Below, in pieces: positions 42,701-55,657 of a stretch of 64,000 bases of DNA (its first letter is position 1; each line of letters begins with the position of its first letter). The notes under the pieces were generated by a model, which did not search any database, was not told where the DNA came from, and saw only the letters and a list, made by a program, of their open reading frames with translations. Origin of the DNA: Raillietiella orientalis (Eukaryota); NCBI GenBank assembly GCA_036172245.1, contig JAYWIR010000029.1:1-64000 (forward strand), given 5' to 3'. The translations under genes were made by a program, and so were the position numbers.

Positions 42701-45543
42701 GTACGCCGGATTCTAAGACGCTACTACTTTTCGCTGTACGCGGAATCCCCGACGCAGGACATTCTCTCTGAGATACTCTTGTCGCAGGATGCTCCTGTCG
42801 TCGGCGAGAAGGAACGCGACCGTCTCAACGAGCCCTTTACGGCGGATGAATTCTCGTCCGCCATTGCTAAGCTGAAGAGACAAAAGGCGCTATGCAAGGA
42901 TGAACTGTTTGCAGAGTTTTACCAGTGCTTTGCAGTGGAGCTCACCTTCTTGATGCTGAGACTTACGACGCTGATGAGGGAATCCGGGATCGTCATGGAT
43001 TCCTTCCGTTCAGCGAAGGTCCGTCTCCTGCCAAGAGGCAAAGACTGGCGTCAACTTAACTAGCGTGCGATCACCTTGGTGAACTCGTACGTCAAGTTGG
43101 CTTGTGGAGTCGCGCGGTTGAGGAGAGTATCGCGGAATCTGTGAGTGAGCCGGAACAAACCTACGCGGTTCCGGGACGATCCATGGAGGCGAACGTCCTT
43201 TTCGCGCGTACATGGATGCAGCTGCAGGAAGTTGTGGCGCAGCAAACCAGGCTGCTGAGAAAGTCACTGCCGCAGGCAAGAAGAACAGGCGCCGATGGCA
43301 GGAGGGAACGCCAGGTGCCTTGGCGGTCGCGGTCGATCTTCACAAGGCGTTCGACTGCATAAACCAGAAGCTGCTCTTGGAGCTTATGGAACGCCTTGGG
43401 TTCCCGGCGCAACTCCTGCTGTATTTGCGCGCGTGCTGGCGCCACGCGCTAACCTGCATCACTTTTAGCGGCTGCCGCGTGTATGGTATTCCCGTTCGTA
43501 GGGGCATCCGACGGGATGACAGCTTAAGCCCGTTGCTCTTCAGCATCTTCTTCGAGTTGGTGCTAAGAGCATACAGGCTGACGCTGTCTCACTTGCCAAG
43601 CTCCTGCCCGGGAACGCCTGCCGTGGCCGCCTACGCTGATGACCTGCTTCTTCTGCTCCCCATGTCCACCCCGGCGTCCAGTGTCGAGGATTTCTTCGAC
43701 CTGATTCGTCGGGGAGCGGGCGTGAGCGTGAACAGAGAGAAGAGCGTGGTCGTTGCTGTGGGTACGTCGTGGGAGGGGCAGTCCGACTGGATCCGCCTGG
43801 GGATCCCCACGGGCGGGTACTTTAAGTACTTTGGCGTTCCGTTGGGCGCTTTCGGCGCAGCCAAAGCGTGGGCGGACTGTCTTCAGAAAGCAGAGTTGGC
43901 CATCAGCCCGTTTTTTAACGGCAAGTTTACATTGCAGGAACGCGCGACTATTTGGAACACCTTTGTGGCCCCCCTCCTCCGTCCCCTGTTTTTTGTTTTG
44001 GACCCCCCTTTTGCGGCGAAACAGCGGGCTAAGCGCCTGCTCAGGAACGCTCTCTTGGGTCCGGCGAGATCCAGGATCCGCCTTAAAGATTTGTCAGCTC
44101 CCCGTAGGGATGCTGGTTTGGGTTTCCTGACAATGAAGCGAATCGGACTGCAGGTGCAGTTCCGACTGCTGGCACTGTGTGCCAAGCTATCGTCATCCCC
44201 CCTGTGTGTGCCAGCTCGCATTCTCCTGCGGAGATGCGCCGGCAGCGGATGATTTCTCTCGCTTTTGCCGGGCACTCAATACAGAAAGCGGGGTTTTGGG
44301 TTTCCATTGCGGCAGTTGACTGCACTTCTGGAAGCACACTCGTGGATCTCCTGCAGCCCAATGAACTTTGAAGCTTGGCGGCAGGAGTCTGTTGAATCCT
44401 GGGCGGCGTTCCAAGGAATACGCCCTGAAGATCTTCGCCCCCTGCGCCAATTTTTTCCACGATCCTTGGAAGAAGTACTGCAGGACGAGGTGAAGTTTTC
44501 TACCCTGGCTGCCACGCCTCTTGCCGCAGCGCTGTCTGCCCTCAGGGCAAGAAATCACAGTTACCAACCGGCGAGGTGGGAGGTTTCCTGCACGATAGCG
44601 GGAAAAACCAAACTTCTTGGCACCTGGAAGACAAGTGAGTTGGCGGACGCCGCCACTCCTCGTGTTACTGCAAAGGGACTCCTCCGGTGGGCAGAAGAAC
44701 TTGCTGTCACCCCCGAAGAACTTGTAGTCCCTCCACAGTGTATGGACAGTTCGCTGCTCCCCCTTGCTTGGAAACAAGCCGTGCTGCTTTTCGTTCACTG
44801 GGGTTTTCAGTGCAACGAGCGTTGGCATCGTGACTCCGGGGGACTTGCGTCTTCGAACTGCGTTCGGTGCGGATCGACGGAGTCGATTCCGCACCTACTT
44901 CTGGACTGCGGTGTCCTACAAGGACTGTGGCGTAGGCTGGCAACAGCACTATTGCATCCCGTGGACACCGCAAGAGACTTGCTGCGACGATTCTTCACGC
45001 CGAGCGGGCTTTCACTAAGCGCAAGGATTGCAACCACCGGTTGCATACGCGCGATAGTTTCCGTCCGCCAGGCGTTGGTAATCATCGGACAGCACCAAGA
45101 GGTAATCAGCAAAGCATCCTTCTACATGGGAGCATCATCTAGATGGCCTCATTTGACAGAGGAGACAAAGAGGAATCTCGCCGCAATACACCGCCGGTTT
45201 ACACACGCTCAGCAGCGGCCAACCCGGTGATCATTGCCCTACCCTCCATAAACTATTTTTGTATTTTCTTTTTACACCCGCGTCCCCATAGGCTCCGGAA
45301 CATTTTAGGTGCTCATCGTTTAAATCCCCGTGAGTACGGAGCCTAACCAAAAACCCTTTACCCTTCCCTCCAGTTTTTGATTTTTGTTTGTTTCCCCTCA
45401 TTCCTCCCACGCTGCGAGCGGTTTGTTTACCAGGCCTGCGTGCCGGTAATTTTTCTATGTTCTCTGTCGTTCTGTTGGTTAAGGACATTGTCCCTGACCA
45501 GTTTATTATTATTAATAAACGCCCCGGCGTGACCGGGTGATAA
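39732..45543 (+). mobile_element. Full-length but decayed C element, copy 3 (ORF1 39810-41644, ORF2 41644-45230), 9-bp TSD
   Basis: ATTTCAATC at 39723-39731 and 45544-45552; TAATG at 41642; ORF fragments match copies 1 and 2. Confidence 0.93.
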
Positions 45544-46099
45544 ATTTCAATCTCCGCCTGCTAACAGGTGAGCCGGAAACACAAGTGAACGCGATGAACG
45601 AGTTGTGCGCCGCCATGCGTGCGCGCAGCTTGTTCGCGGGTGAGAAAGGAATGGTCCGCAGCATCGACCACGTCTTCCTGGACGCTGACCTGTGTTCACG
45701 CGTCGGCAAACGGGGTAGGGTTGCGTCAACGTTGTCGGACCATTTTCGGTTAATTTTCGAAATGCAGCCTCGCGACAAAGGACCGCCATCCAGGGACTGG
45801 CGTCTGCCGGGGGACTGGACGCGACTCTCAGGTGCGAAGGAACACCTTCGCGAATACCTGAGAGGCGTCACGCTCCGGAATCTTTATTGAAACCCGGGTG
45901 CGCCGGGACGTTTATTCTAACGAATAAACTTATACAATCTGTGACTGGACCAGTAGTCCAGCCACGCCCTGGAAAGATATAGCCTGCCGGGCTACCGGTG
46001 CGCAGACCGGCGCGGTCGACCTCGGCAGCAGAGGGGAGGGGGAACGAAACAAACAGAAAACAAAAAATAAACAAAAATCAGGGAGGGAGCGGGAAGGGA

Positions 46100-49000
46100 T
46101 CACAGTCTGCTGGGAGGGTCCGTCATCCTCTGGAGGATGCCGGCAAGCTGTTTCTGCTTGTGTGGTTCCAGATGGGGCCATCGCGTCGCCATCCTGAGGA
46201 AACGGGCAGCATACACGTTGGCATCCCTGTCGCTGGATCCTCCCGTCGCTTTCCTCCATGCCACGACGATCCCGCGTAGGCAGCACAGGGCTGCAAGCGA
46301 GGCCGCTGGAGGCAGGGCGTCACGGACGAAGAGGGAGCGCAAAGCGTCTCTGGGGTTGCCTCCGGGGATCCCCAGGGCTGCGGCAAAGCGTTCCCACAAG
46401 GGACGGAGGGCAACACAATCCACTAACAGGTGGGGGAGGTATTCCCTCTCCCCGCACCTGACACAATTAGGGTTGACACCCCCCGCGTCCAGTGGTGTCG
46501 GCGGGCGTTGCAAGGAAGCCCCCAATGCAACACCATCAGTGCCGACTGTTGCCACTTCATGGGGAGGGTGCGCGAGTCCATGAGCACCTTAGGCCACTCG
46601 AGATGTTCCTCTGGAACATCCAGTAGCTCTCCCCAGCGCAAAAGTCCATTTGGGGTGGTCCTCGGGGTCGCAGCGTTGGTGAGCTGACCCGTTCTCCATT
46701 CCCCGATCTTCTTTGCCCTGCTGGCGATCTTCACAGTTACCTCCCATTGTGCTGCGACGTCGCTGCCCAGATGTTCCCGTAGGGTAGGTAGTACCGCAGC
46801 AAGGGAGGTTCTTTGTGCCCACGCTCTCCTTCGGGGATTCTCGATGATTTCTCGGAGCGTGCGGCGGGCTGGTGGCCCGAACAGAGCTATTCGCTCGTGT
46901 TGCGGGCTCTGCTCCTGAATCATCGCCCACGTGCGGACGGTTTCCTGCAACCAGGCAGGACGGTTCGCGGGGCGTACGAGGATCCGCGCCGAGTTGTTCT
47001 TCACGAGCTTGGCCGCCCTCCGAAGTTGAAGTCCGCAGTGGCAGATGGAGCTTCGGAGTGCAAAGTAGGACGAGAGTCCCGCATTGCCGGTGGCCCGCTC
47101 GACGAGGAGACGTGCAGGGAGGCACCAAGGGGTGCACCAATTTCCTGCCATAAAGGCAACAACTCGGAACTGGAGCTGTAGCTCCAGCCGCTCCAACGTC
47201 AGGAGGCCCAGACCACCATCCCGACGAGGAGCGCACAAGTCCGAAAGACGGACTCGGGGCCTCCCTCTGCCCCGAAGGGCGATCCTCAGGAGGTCCTTCG
47301 TCCTCTTCTTTGACTCCGCTGAGGGGGGCAAACAAAAAGCAAGGGGCGAAGGAGGGGGGCCGCAAACGCGTTCCACGCCGCGGCCCGTTCCTGCAGGTAG
47401 AACCTGCCGTCCTGGAACGGGCCGATCGCCGCCTGAGCCTTCTGAAGGCAGCCGGACCACGCTTCCGCAGGGGAGTACTCCCCCAACGGCACACCAAGGT
47501 ACTTGATGTACCTCACCGTGGGGATCCCCAAACGGACCCAGTCCTGCTGCCCTGCCCACGCCGCTCCGACTGGCATTACGGACGACTTCGCCCTGTTCAC
47601 CGTCAGTCCTGTTCCACGACTCAGCAGGTCGAAGAAGTCCTCGACCGCCGAGGCCGTGGTGGACATAGGCAGCAGCAGCAGAAGATCGTCCGCGTACGCC
47701 GAAACCGCAGGCGTACCGGGGCAATCGCACGGCAGGTGCGCAAGAGTCTCCCTGTACGCTCTCAGCACCAATTCGAAAAAGGCGCTAAAGAGCAGGGGGC
47801 TCAGGTTGTCTCCCTGCCGTATGCCGCGTCGCACCGGTACTCCGTGCACGGTTTGCCCGCTGAAAAGAACATTAATGAGCGCGTCGCGCCAGCTGGAGCG
47901 CGGGTAGGCCAACAAAGAGGCCGGGAAGCCCAAGCGTCCCAGAAGCTCCAGGAGGAGATTCTGGTCGACGCTGTCGAATGCTTTACGTAAGTCGACAGCG
48001 ACCGCAAGGGCTCCCTTCCCCACCCAACCGTTCCGTCTCCCGCCAACGGACGCACCGGAATTCCGGCTGCTCAATAAGCCCCTTCCTTGTTGGAGCTCTA
48101 ACCATGTGGAAGCGTGGAACAGGTTCGCATCCATGCTCCGCCCGGGAACAGCATAAGTCTGTTCCGGGCTGATGAAGATGTTGGCGACCCGTCCCAGACG
48201 CTCTGCCCACATCTTGGCTATCAACTTGGCGTCCGCATTCACTAGTGTGATGGGACGCCAGTTGTTCATGCTCCTTAGGTCTCCTCCCTTCGGGAGGAGC
48301 CGCACCTTTGCTGAACGAAACGAGGTGGGAACGTCACCTGTTTCACGGATCAGCAAGGTGAGCTGATGTACCAGGGGAGTACGCTCAGCCGCGAAAGTTT
48401 GGTAAAACTCCGCGGGCAGGCCGTCCTCCCCTGGAGCCTTCCGCCTCTTGAGCTTTCCGATGGCCGAGAGGATCTCGTCCATCGTGAAAGGCTCGTCGAG
48501 GCTTCTTTTCTCCTCCTCCTTGATCGCTGGAGCACCTTCCGGAAGCAGAAGTCGTGAGACGTCTCGCTCCGGAGGCGCCCTGGCGTACAGGGAGGAGTAA
48601 AATTTTCTTACTATTCCGCGTTTCTGAGCGGGAACCCAGTGCTCCCGGCCCTGGTCGTCCAGCAAGCTGGCCGATCCGGATTGCCAGGCTTGCCTCTCGG
48701 CTCCCGCTCGGTACTCTGCTAACCTGCGCATGTCGGGGGTTCTCGCGTAACGTCGGGCCTGAAGATAGCACCTTTCGTTACGCGGCCCCTCCCCAAAACC
48801 CGCAGGTAGGCGATGCAGGGGGAACTGATCGCAGAACTCCTGGACCGACCGCTTGAAGCGGTCCCAGTCCTGAAGTGTCTGCATCCTGAAGCTTCGAATA
48901 AACGCGCGGAGGTGCTCCGCCGCGTCGGGAAACTTCAGCCAGTCCCCTGGCAGACGCCACGCTGACGAGGGGGGGCCCTTGTCGCGCGGACGCACTCCGA

Positions 49001-49679
49001 ACATGATCCGACCATGGTCCGACAGCTCGGATGGTACCTTGCCGCGCCCGCCCACCCGAGAGCATAGGTGCTGATCAAGGTACACGTGATCGATGCTGCT
49101 TTCCATGGCCGTGTCCCCGGCCAACAAGTTGCGCGTGTTCATTTCTGCGCACAACTCGTTGACGCGGTCGTTCAGTGTATCCGGCGCACCTGAAAGCAGG
49201 CGCCGGTTGAAATCACCTGCGATCAGGTGCGCTTTGCGAACTCCTGCATCGGTCAGCCAATCGCGTCTCAGGGCAAGGTAGAATTCCCTTCTTGCCTTCG
49301 CCTTCAACGCGTTATTTCCGCTAGGAGCGTATAGGTTGGTGACGACCAGGTCGATAGAGTCGGACCAGCTGAGAGTCAGCTGACCCACGCGACCTGCGTC
49401 ATCGAACCGAACGTCCTTTATTGCGGTGTCGATGGCTGGCCGAAGCAGGAAGGCGACACCGCTTGATTTCGCGGTGCCGCAACGCCACAACAGCCGCCCA
49501 CCCGAGATCCGTTCGATCTCCCGGGCTTGATCTGCGGAGATCACGTGGATCTCCTGCAGCAGCACCAGGTCGAAGGATGCCAGGGTGGCGGCCACGTCAC
49601 GCCTCTTGCCGTCGTCGCTTAGCCCGTTCACGTTCCAACAGGCGATCAGAAGACGACGCCGAGAGGCGATTCCCGGCAT
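46100..49679 (-). pseudogene. D ORF2 (APE-RT-zinc finger), two frameshifts in the C-terminal third
   Basis: ORF 47286-49679 (797 aa; WNVNG, GDFN, SDH, KAFD, YADD), then 46423-47730 and 46100-46555. Confidence 0.92.
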
Positions 49680-51337
49680 TATGGCTGGGAAAGTGGCGTC
49701 GCGGCACCTGCCGCGGGGCAGGTGTACGAAAGGTCCATCGGTACGAGGACCATCGGAACGAGGACGGAGGCCTCTTTAGGCGCCTGGGGTACCTGTTCGG
49801 CCTCCATCCTCACCATCCCCTGCGTGTCCGAGCGTGGAATTCTCTCGGGCGACGGGTCCCGGGAGTTTCCCACGCTCATGACACCCTCGCTACCGGAAGC
49901 CATCTCTTCCCCTTCGTCGGGGGAGACGATCTTCCGGGGCATTGTGGACTTTCGTCCTGCCTTTTTGCGGGGTGCCGCGGAGATGGATGCTGCGTTTCCG
50001 GCCTTCACCTCGGGGTCGGAAGTGGCCGAATCCTGAGGGGAAGCCGGACGCCTGACGGCCTTCTTGCCAGCCTTGGGGGCAACCGGCTGCAACGAGGCAG
50101 CCAGCTCCTCCGCAGCGCGCTCGAAGGCGACGTCATCGAGCGTGGGCTCGATGACGGACGCCGCCGCCTCGCTCCCCTCCTTGTTGACTTTGTCAACGGA
50201 GGGTTGAGCAGCGGCAGCAGCGAGTTCTTTAGCGCCGCATTCGTCGATGGCGGGAATCCGCTCCACAACGACGCAGCAGCTTTTAATTTTATCGCGGCGC
50301 AGAGCGGTTTCACTCCGATTCGCCACGTTCTTTCCCTTCTTATGGGAGTTTTTCTTGGGGTCGACCTTTTGCCACCCTGGCTCTTGACCCTCGCCCTCGA
50401 CCTTTTCGGCGTTTTTCGCCGAAGTCTCGGGGCTGGCCTTCGACTTGGTGGCGGAGGTGACCTCCTAAGCAGCAGCACGAACTGCCAGCTTATTTCTTTT
50501 TTTTGCCGCGCGCTTTCTCGCGTTTTTCGCGGACACGACGCGGACTGTGATTTAGGGGCACAACAGACGGGTGTGCCCCGCTTGTTTGCATTGCTGGCAC
50601 TGCACTCTCGGACACCTCATTTTAAGGTGACCAAAGCTGCTGCAGCAGCCGCAAAACTTGGGTTTCCTGACGTACCACACGTCAACGGATTCACCGTTGA
50701 CGGTGAGTTTGTGGGGAATCTCACATCCCTCGCGAACCGTCACTCGCGCTGCACCCAGGCCGCCAAGCAACCCGTCGTAATCGACACAAGGAGTAGGCTT
50801 TCCCCACAGCGCGTGGACAGTTGAGAATTTTTCCAATTCGTTCCGGACGGCCTCCTTCGTCATCCGGAACGTGATACCGGTCAGGTGAATGATCACCGAC
50901 CGGTTTTCAGGAATTGGGAGAAGCCTCCGGCTGCCCATACTTACGAGGGTTCGCAGAAGTCTCTGCGCAAGAGTTGCCTCCTTGCAGATAACTTCCACAA
51001 ATTGACCCCCGCTTCTGACGGACATAGCCAGAAGCTCCTCTTTCTGTACGCCGAGAACGCGCATCGCCTGTGAGAAGGCGCGCGCGTTCTCGGGAGAATA
51101 TAAACCGCCTACCTTATATAGAAGGGGTGGGTTATACCCCTCCTCCAGGTAAGCGCGCATTTCCGCCATAGCCGCTGGCGTAGGTGCCGCAGCCACGGCG
51201 TTCCAAGCCCTAAGTAGGGCCGGGGGCGCATCCGTGCTGGCGGGAGCCTCCACTGATGCGGGAGCTCCCACCTCCATCTGCTCCGTGGGCAATGAGGTCA
51301 TCGCCCCCGGATCCTCACCGGTGGTGGTATCAGGCAT
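49679..51337 (-). pseudogene. D ORF1, stop at 50552 and a frameshift
   Basis: ORFs 50552-51337 (CGCCSSFGHLKMRC, CQQCKQAGHTRLLC) and 49679-50326. Confidence 0.88.
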
Positions 51338-51419
51338 TTCTGCCTAATCCTCCACCCACACCACGCACAAGCACCAACGGAAATGGAACTCAGGAGCAAC
51401 GAAAAGACACGTCCGCTCG

Positions 51420-54230
51420 ACGCTCCGGAATCTCCAAGACTGGGACCTTTTTAAGGAATCGGTCCGGGAGTTCTGCGAGCAGTTCCCCCTGGATCGCCTG
51501 CCCCCCGGATTCGGCGAGGGTGCTCGCAACCATCAAGCCTATTTACAGGCTCGTAGGTACGAGAGAACCCCTAATGTCCGTCGCCTGGCCGAGTACCGCG
51601 CCGGGGCCAAACGCCAAGCCTGGCAATCCGGGTCGGCCAGCTTGCTGGACGACCAGGGCCGGGAATGTTCGTCCCCGGCGTCGGTACGGCATCTCGTGCG
51701 GAGTTTTTATTCCTCCCTTTACGCCAGGGAGCCCCCGGATCGAAACGCCTTTCGACGCTTGCTTCCGGATGGCACCCCGGCAATAGGGGAGGAGGAGATG
51801 GAAAGCCTCGACGAGCCTTTTACCACCGGCGAAATTCTCGCCGGTATCAAAAGGCTCAAGAGGCGTAAAGCTCCAGGGGAAGACGGCTTACCCGCGGAGT
51901 TCCTTCAGAGCTTCGCGGAAGAGCTGGCACCCCTGCTGCTTAAGTTGATCAGGCTGATCCGAGACGAAGGCGATGTTCCCGCCTCGTTTCGGTGAGCCAG
52001 AGTGAGGCTCCTTCCGAAAGGGGGAGACCTCAGGAATTTAAAGAACTGGCGTCCGATCACAATCGTGAATACGGACGCCAAGTTGATAGCAGGGCTATGG
52101 GCTTCGCGTCTGGGGCAGGTGGCAGAATCCGTAATTAGCCCGGAGCAGACTTATGCTGTTCCCGGGTGAAGTATGGATGCCAACCTCGTCTTCGCAAGCA
52201 CATGGGTGCACCTGCAGAGAAGAGAGAAGAAAGGGATAGGGAAAGTCGGCAACCCCACATTGGGGCCGCCAGCCGGGCTGGGAAGGGACCCCCGGGCAGG
52301 GAAGGGGGCCCTAGCGCTCGCAGTCGATCTCCACAAGGCGTTCGACTGTGTAGACCAGGAACTCCTCTTGGAGCTCCTGGGTCGCATGGGCTTCCCACCC
52401 TCCCTGATTTCCTACCTGCGCTCTTGCTGGCGGAATGCGATGATTACCGTCTGTTTCAGTGGACAGAAGGTGTATGGCGTGCCGGTGCGGCGGGGCATAA
52501 GGCAGGGTGATAGCCTCAGCCCCCTGCTCTTTAGCACCTACTTTGAGTTGGTGCTGAGAGCGTACAGGGTGACTTTGGCCTCCTTGCCGAGCTCGTGCCC
52601 CGGCACGCCCGCCGTAGCAGCGTACGCCGACGATCTTCTGCTCTTCTTGCCAATGTCCACCCCGACGAAGGCGGTCAGAGTCTTCTTCGATCTGCTCAGC
52701 CGCGGGACCGGACTGCAGGTTAACAGGGCGAAGTCGTCAATTGTGCCAATAGGTGCGGCGTGGGCAGGGCAGCAGGACTGGGTCCGTCTGGGGATCCCCA
52801 CGGCGAGGTGCTTCAAGTACCTTGGTGTGCCGTTGGGGGACTACTCCTCTGCGGAAGCGTGGTCCAGCTGCCTCCAAAAAGTCGAGACGGCGATCGGCCC
52901 GTTCCTGGAAGGCAAGTTTCACTTGCCGGAACGGGCCGCGGTTTGGAACGCCTTCGCGGCGTCCATCCTCCGCCCTTTGCTTTTTGTTTGCCCTCCCACC
53001 GTGGAATCCATGAAGAGGACGAAGGACCTCCTCCGTATCGCCCTTTGGGGCAAAAGTAGGCCCCGAGTCCCACTGAAGGACTTGTGCGCTCCGCGTCGGG
53101 ACGGCGGTCTTGGCCTCCTGACGCTGGAGCGCGTGGAGAAGCAGCTGCGGTGGCGAACCCTCGCCATCGCAGCGAAGATGTGGTGCACCCCTTGGTGCAC
53201 TCCAGCCCGCCTCCTGGCCAGCCGTGTGTCCCGGTGCGATGGACTCGCGTCTTTTCTTCTCAGCCGTGGCCAGAAGATGCGAAGATGCGGCCTACTGCTC
53301 GGGCGCATGGCAACATTGGCCAAGGACAACAGCTGGATGGTTTGCTGCCCCGCCAACTCCCCCTCCTGGCTGGAGGAAAATATTGGAACGTGGGCAGTGG
53401 TTAACCAGACAAGCCACGAGACGTGGAATCGTCTTCGATGCAGCCCCTACGCCCGCTGCACGCTGCGGAATCTCCTGGAGAGTCCAGCAAGATGCACGTG
53501 GGCAGAGACGACCTGTCTAGCTACGGCGCTGCCCTTCCTGAAGAGGGCACTTCACAGCAGCCGGACGCCAAGGTGGCAAGTCTCCTGCTGCATCGAGGGA
53601 CGCGAAAAGTTGATCAGCGGCTGGACAACAGGAGAACTGGCAGATGCCACGACCCCGAGCGTCCAGTCGCGAGGACTAAGAAGATGGGGCGAGCTGCTGG
53701 CCATCCCTATGGATGTGCTGATGTGGCCCCCGCTTCTTCAGGAATCCAGGATCCTGCCCCTTAAGTGGAAAGAGTCGGCGTTGCTGTTGTTGCATTGGGG
53801 TTTACCCTGCAACGCACGCCGCTCTCACTGGACAAGAGGAGTTGTGGATCCTGCGTGTGTCAGGTGCGGAGAGCGGGAATCGCTCTCCCACCTTATTGTG
53901 GACTGTGCTGCCCTTCGTTTCCTTTGGGAACGGTTTGGGACGATCCTCGGTCTCCCAACGGGCAGTTCCCCTAGAGACGTTCTTCGGCCCCTCTTCGTGA
54001 AGGACGCCCTGCAGCCAGCCGCAGCCCTTGCAGCCTTGTGCTGCGTCCGAGGCATCGTGGCGGCATGGAGCGACACCAACAAGGAAGGAGTGGGTCAACA
54101 CGCGAGGGATGTCATCCCATATGCCCAACGCTTCTTGCGAAGAGCTGCCGGATGGCCCCAACTGGGGAATATGCAGACTGACCTCGAGGGCTTCGTTCGA
54201 CGGATGGGCCCTCCCCACAGCGACCAGTGA
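51420..54230 (+). pseudogene. B2 ORF2, RT and C-terminal part (two stops before a 685-aa open stretch)
   Basis: ORFs 51642-51995 and 52173-54230 (KAFD, RQGD, YADD, YLG, zinc finger). Confidence 0.92.
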
Positions 54231-54437
54231 TCCCTTCCCTGCCCTCCAACTTCTTTTTGTTTGTTTCTTTTTTTATTTTACTTTTTGTCTCATCCCCATC
54301 CCCCTTCGCTGTCGGGGAGTGCCACGCCGGGCTGCGTCCCGGTGTCATGACAGGTCCTGTGTTTACGGCCGTGGTGGGGCCTTGTACCACGCATGTAAAG
54401 TTTATTAATAAACGCCCCGGGCGTACCCGGGTGATAA

Positions 54438-55657
54438 CGCCGAAACCTGTAGGGAGACGGTTCAGGGGAAACTGGTTGCAGAACTCGCGGACTGAGCTCT
54501 TCATGTCGTTCCAGTCCGCGAGCGACTGCAGATGGAAGCCTTGCAGGAACGAGCGAAGATGTTGCGCTGCTCCTGCGAGGCGCAACCAGTCTCCTGGCAA
54601 ACGCCACGCTGTGGAGGGTGGACCTCTAGCACGCGGGTGTATTTCTAGCACGAGCCAGGGATGGTCGGAAAGTTCGGATGGCACTACCTGTCGATTTCCC
54701 ACCCGCGAACACAGGTGGTTGTCGAGGAACATGTGGTCGATCCTCGTCTCCGTCCCGGCGTCACCGGCCAACAAGTTGCGCGCGTGCATGGCAGCGCACA
54801 TCTCGTTGACCAGCTGTGCGCGAATGTCGGGCGCACCTGCCAGCAGGCGGACGTTAAAGTCCCCGGCAATGAGGTGCGCCTTTCGCATGTCTGCTTCGGC
54901 CAGCCAATCTCGCCGCAGGCCTTCGAAGAACGCAGTGCGTTCCCCGCGCCTGTGGCTCGTGCCGGGCGCGTACACGTTGGTCACGACGAGGTCGATCGCG
55001 TCGGACCACTTGGCAACAAGCTGCCCGATTTGACCTTCCCCGTCGAAGTGCACGTCGCGCAGCGCATTAACGACGGCTGGCTTCAGCATGAAAGCCACAC
55101 CGCGGGTGTGGTCTCTCCCGTTTTGGTATACGAGCCGCCCGCCTGCGATCCGTTCGATTTCCTGGGCCTCCCCTGCGTGGAGAACGTGCGTCTCCTGCAG
55201 AAGCGCCAGGTTGAAGTCCCGCAGGCTGGCGGCCACTTCTCTCCTCTTGCTGTCGTCGCGCAACCCGTTGACGTTCCAACAGATGACGCGCAGTCGCCGG
55301 CAGGAGGAGAGTCCACGCGTTGGTGTGTTTATTGTGCTTGCTTACCGTCCTCCGCCTGCTGTTCAGCAGGCGGGAGTTGTGTATCCATTGCGACGGGCTG
55401 TTGCTCGCAAGGAGGCGGTCCGTCGGTGGTTGTGGTGGTGGTTGGAGGATCCTGCTTGGCCAGGGACGTCTCCGGCGTGGAGTCGCGAGACCTCGCGGAC
55501 ATCGCCTCCCCGTCGTCGTGGTCCGACCGCATTTCCTCCTCCGCCGGTGGAGGTGCGGAGCGCCGCGGGTTGCCTACCTTGCGGCCCGCTTTGCGCTTCG
55601 GGAGAGCGACAGCCGGAGCGCGTGTCTGCCGTTCGCCGCCTGCTAAGGCGCTACTAA
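54438..55657 (-). mobile_element. Element E: ORF1 tail (stop at 55329) and ORF2 endonuclease up to LPTGFG
   Basis: RKAGRKVGNPRR tail; CWNVNG, LLQE, VYAP, GDFN, IDHMFLD and SDH in ORF 54112-55263. Confidence 0.9.

Larger units (their letters stand above)
45884..51419 (-). mobile_element. Full-length D element (A-related, about 5.5 kb), 14-bp TSD ACGCTCCGGAATCT
   Basis: TSD at 45870-45883 and 51420-51433; GGACGTG at 51408-51414; 3' AATAAACGTCCCGGCGCACCCGGGTTTCAATAA. Confidence 0.95.
37289..54437 (+). mobile_element. Full-length B2 element (own sequence 37289-39731, 45544-45883, 51420-54437) interrupted by C copy 3 and D
   Basis: GGACGTG at 37301; ORF2 is colinear across both TSDs; 3' AATAAA-hairpin at 54407-54437. 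Confidence 0.92.

Noticed and set aside
54112..54437. Apparent novel C-terminus GVITRVRPGRLLINF on an endonuclease ORF (similar at 5020-5289; FHPDF tails at 1376 and 18078)
   Set aside because: It is read-through into the antisense 3'UTR of the inserted element, and its recurrence simply reflects the shared target site.
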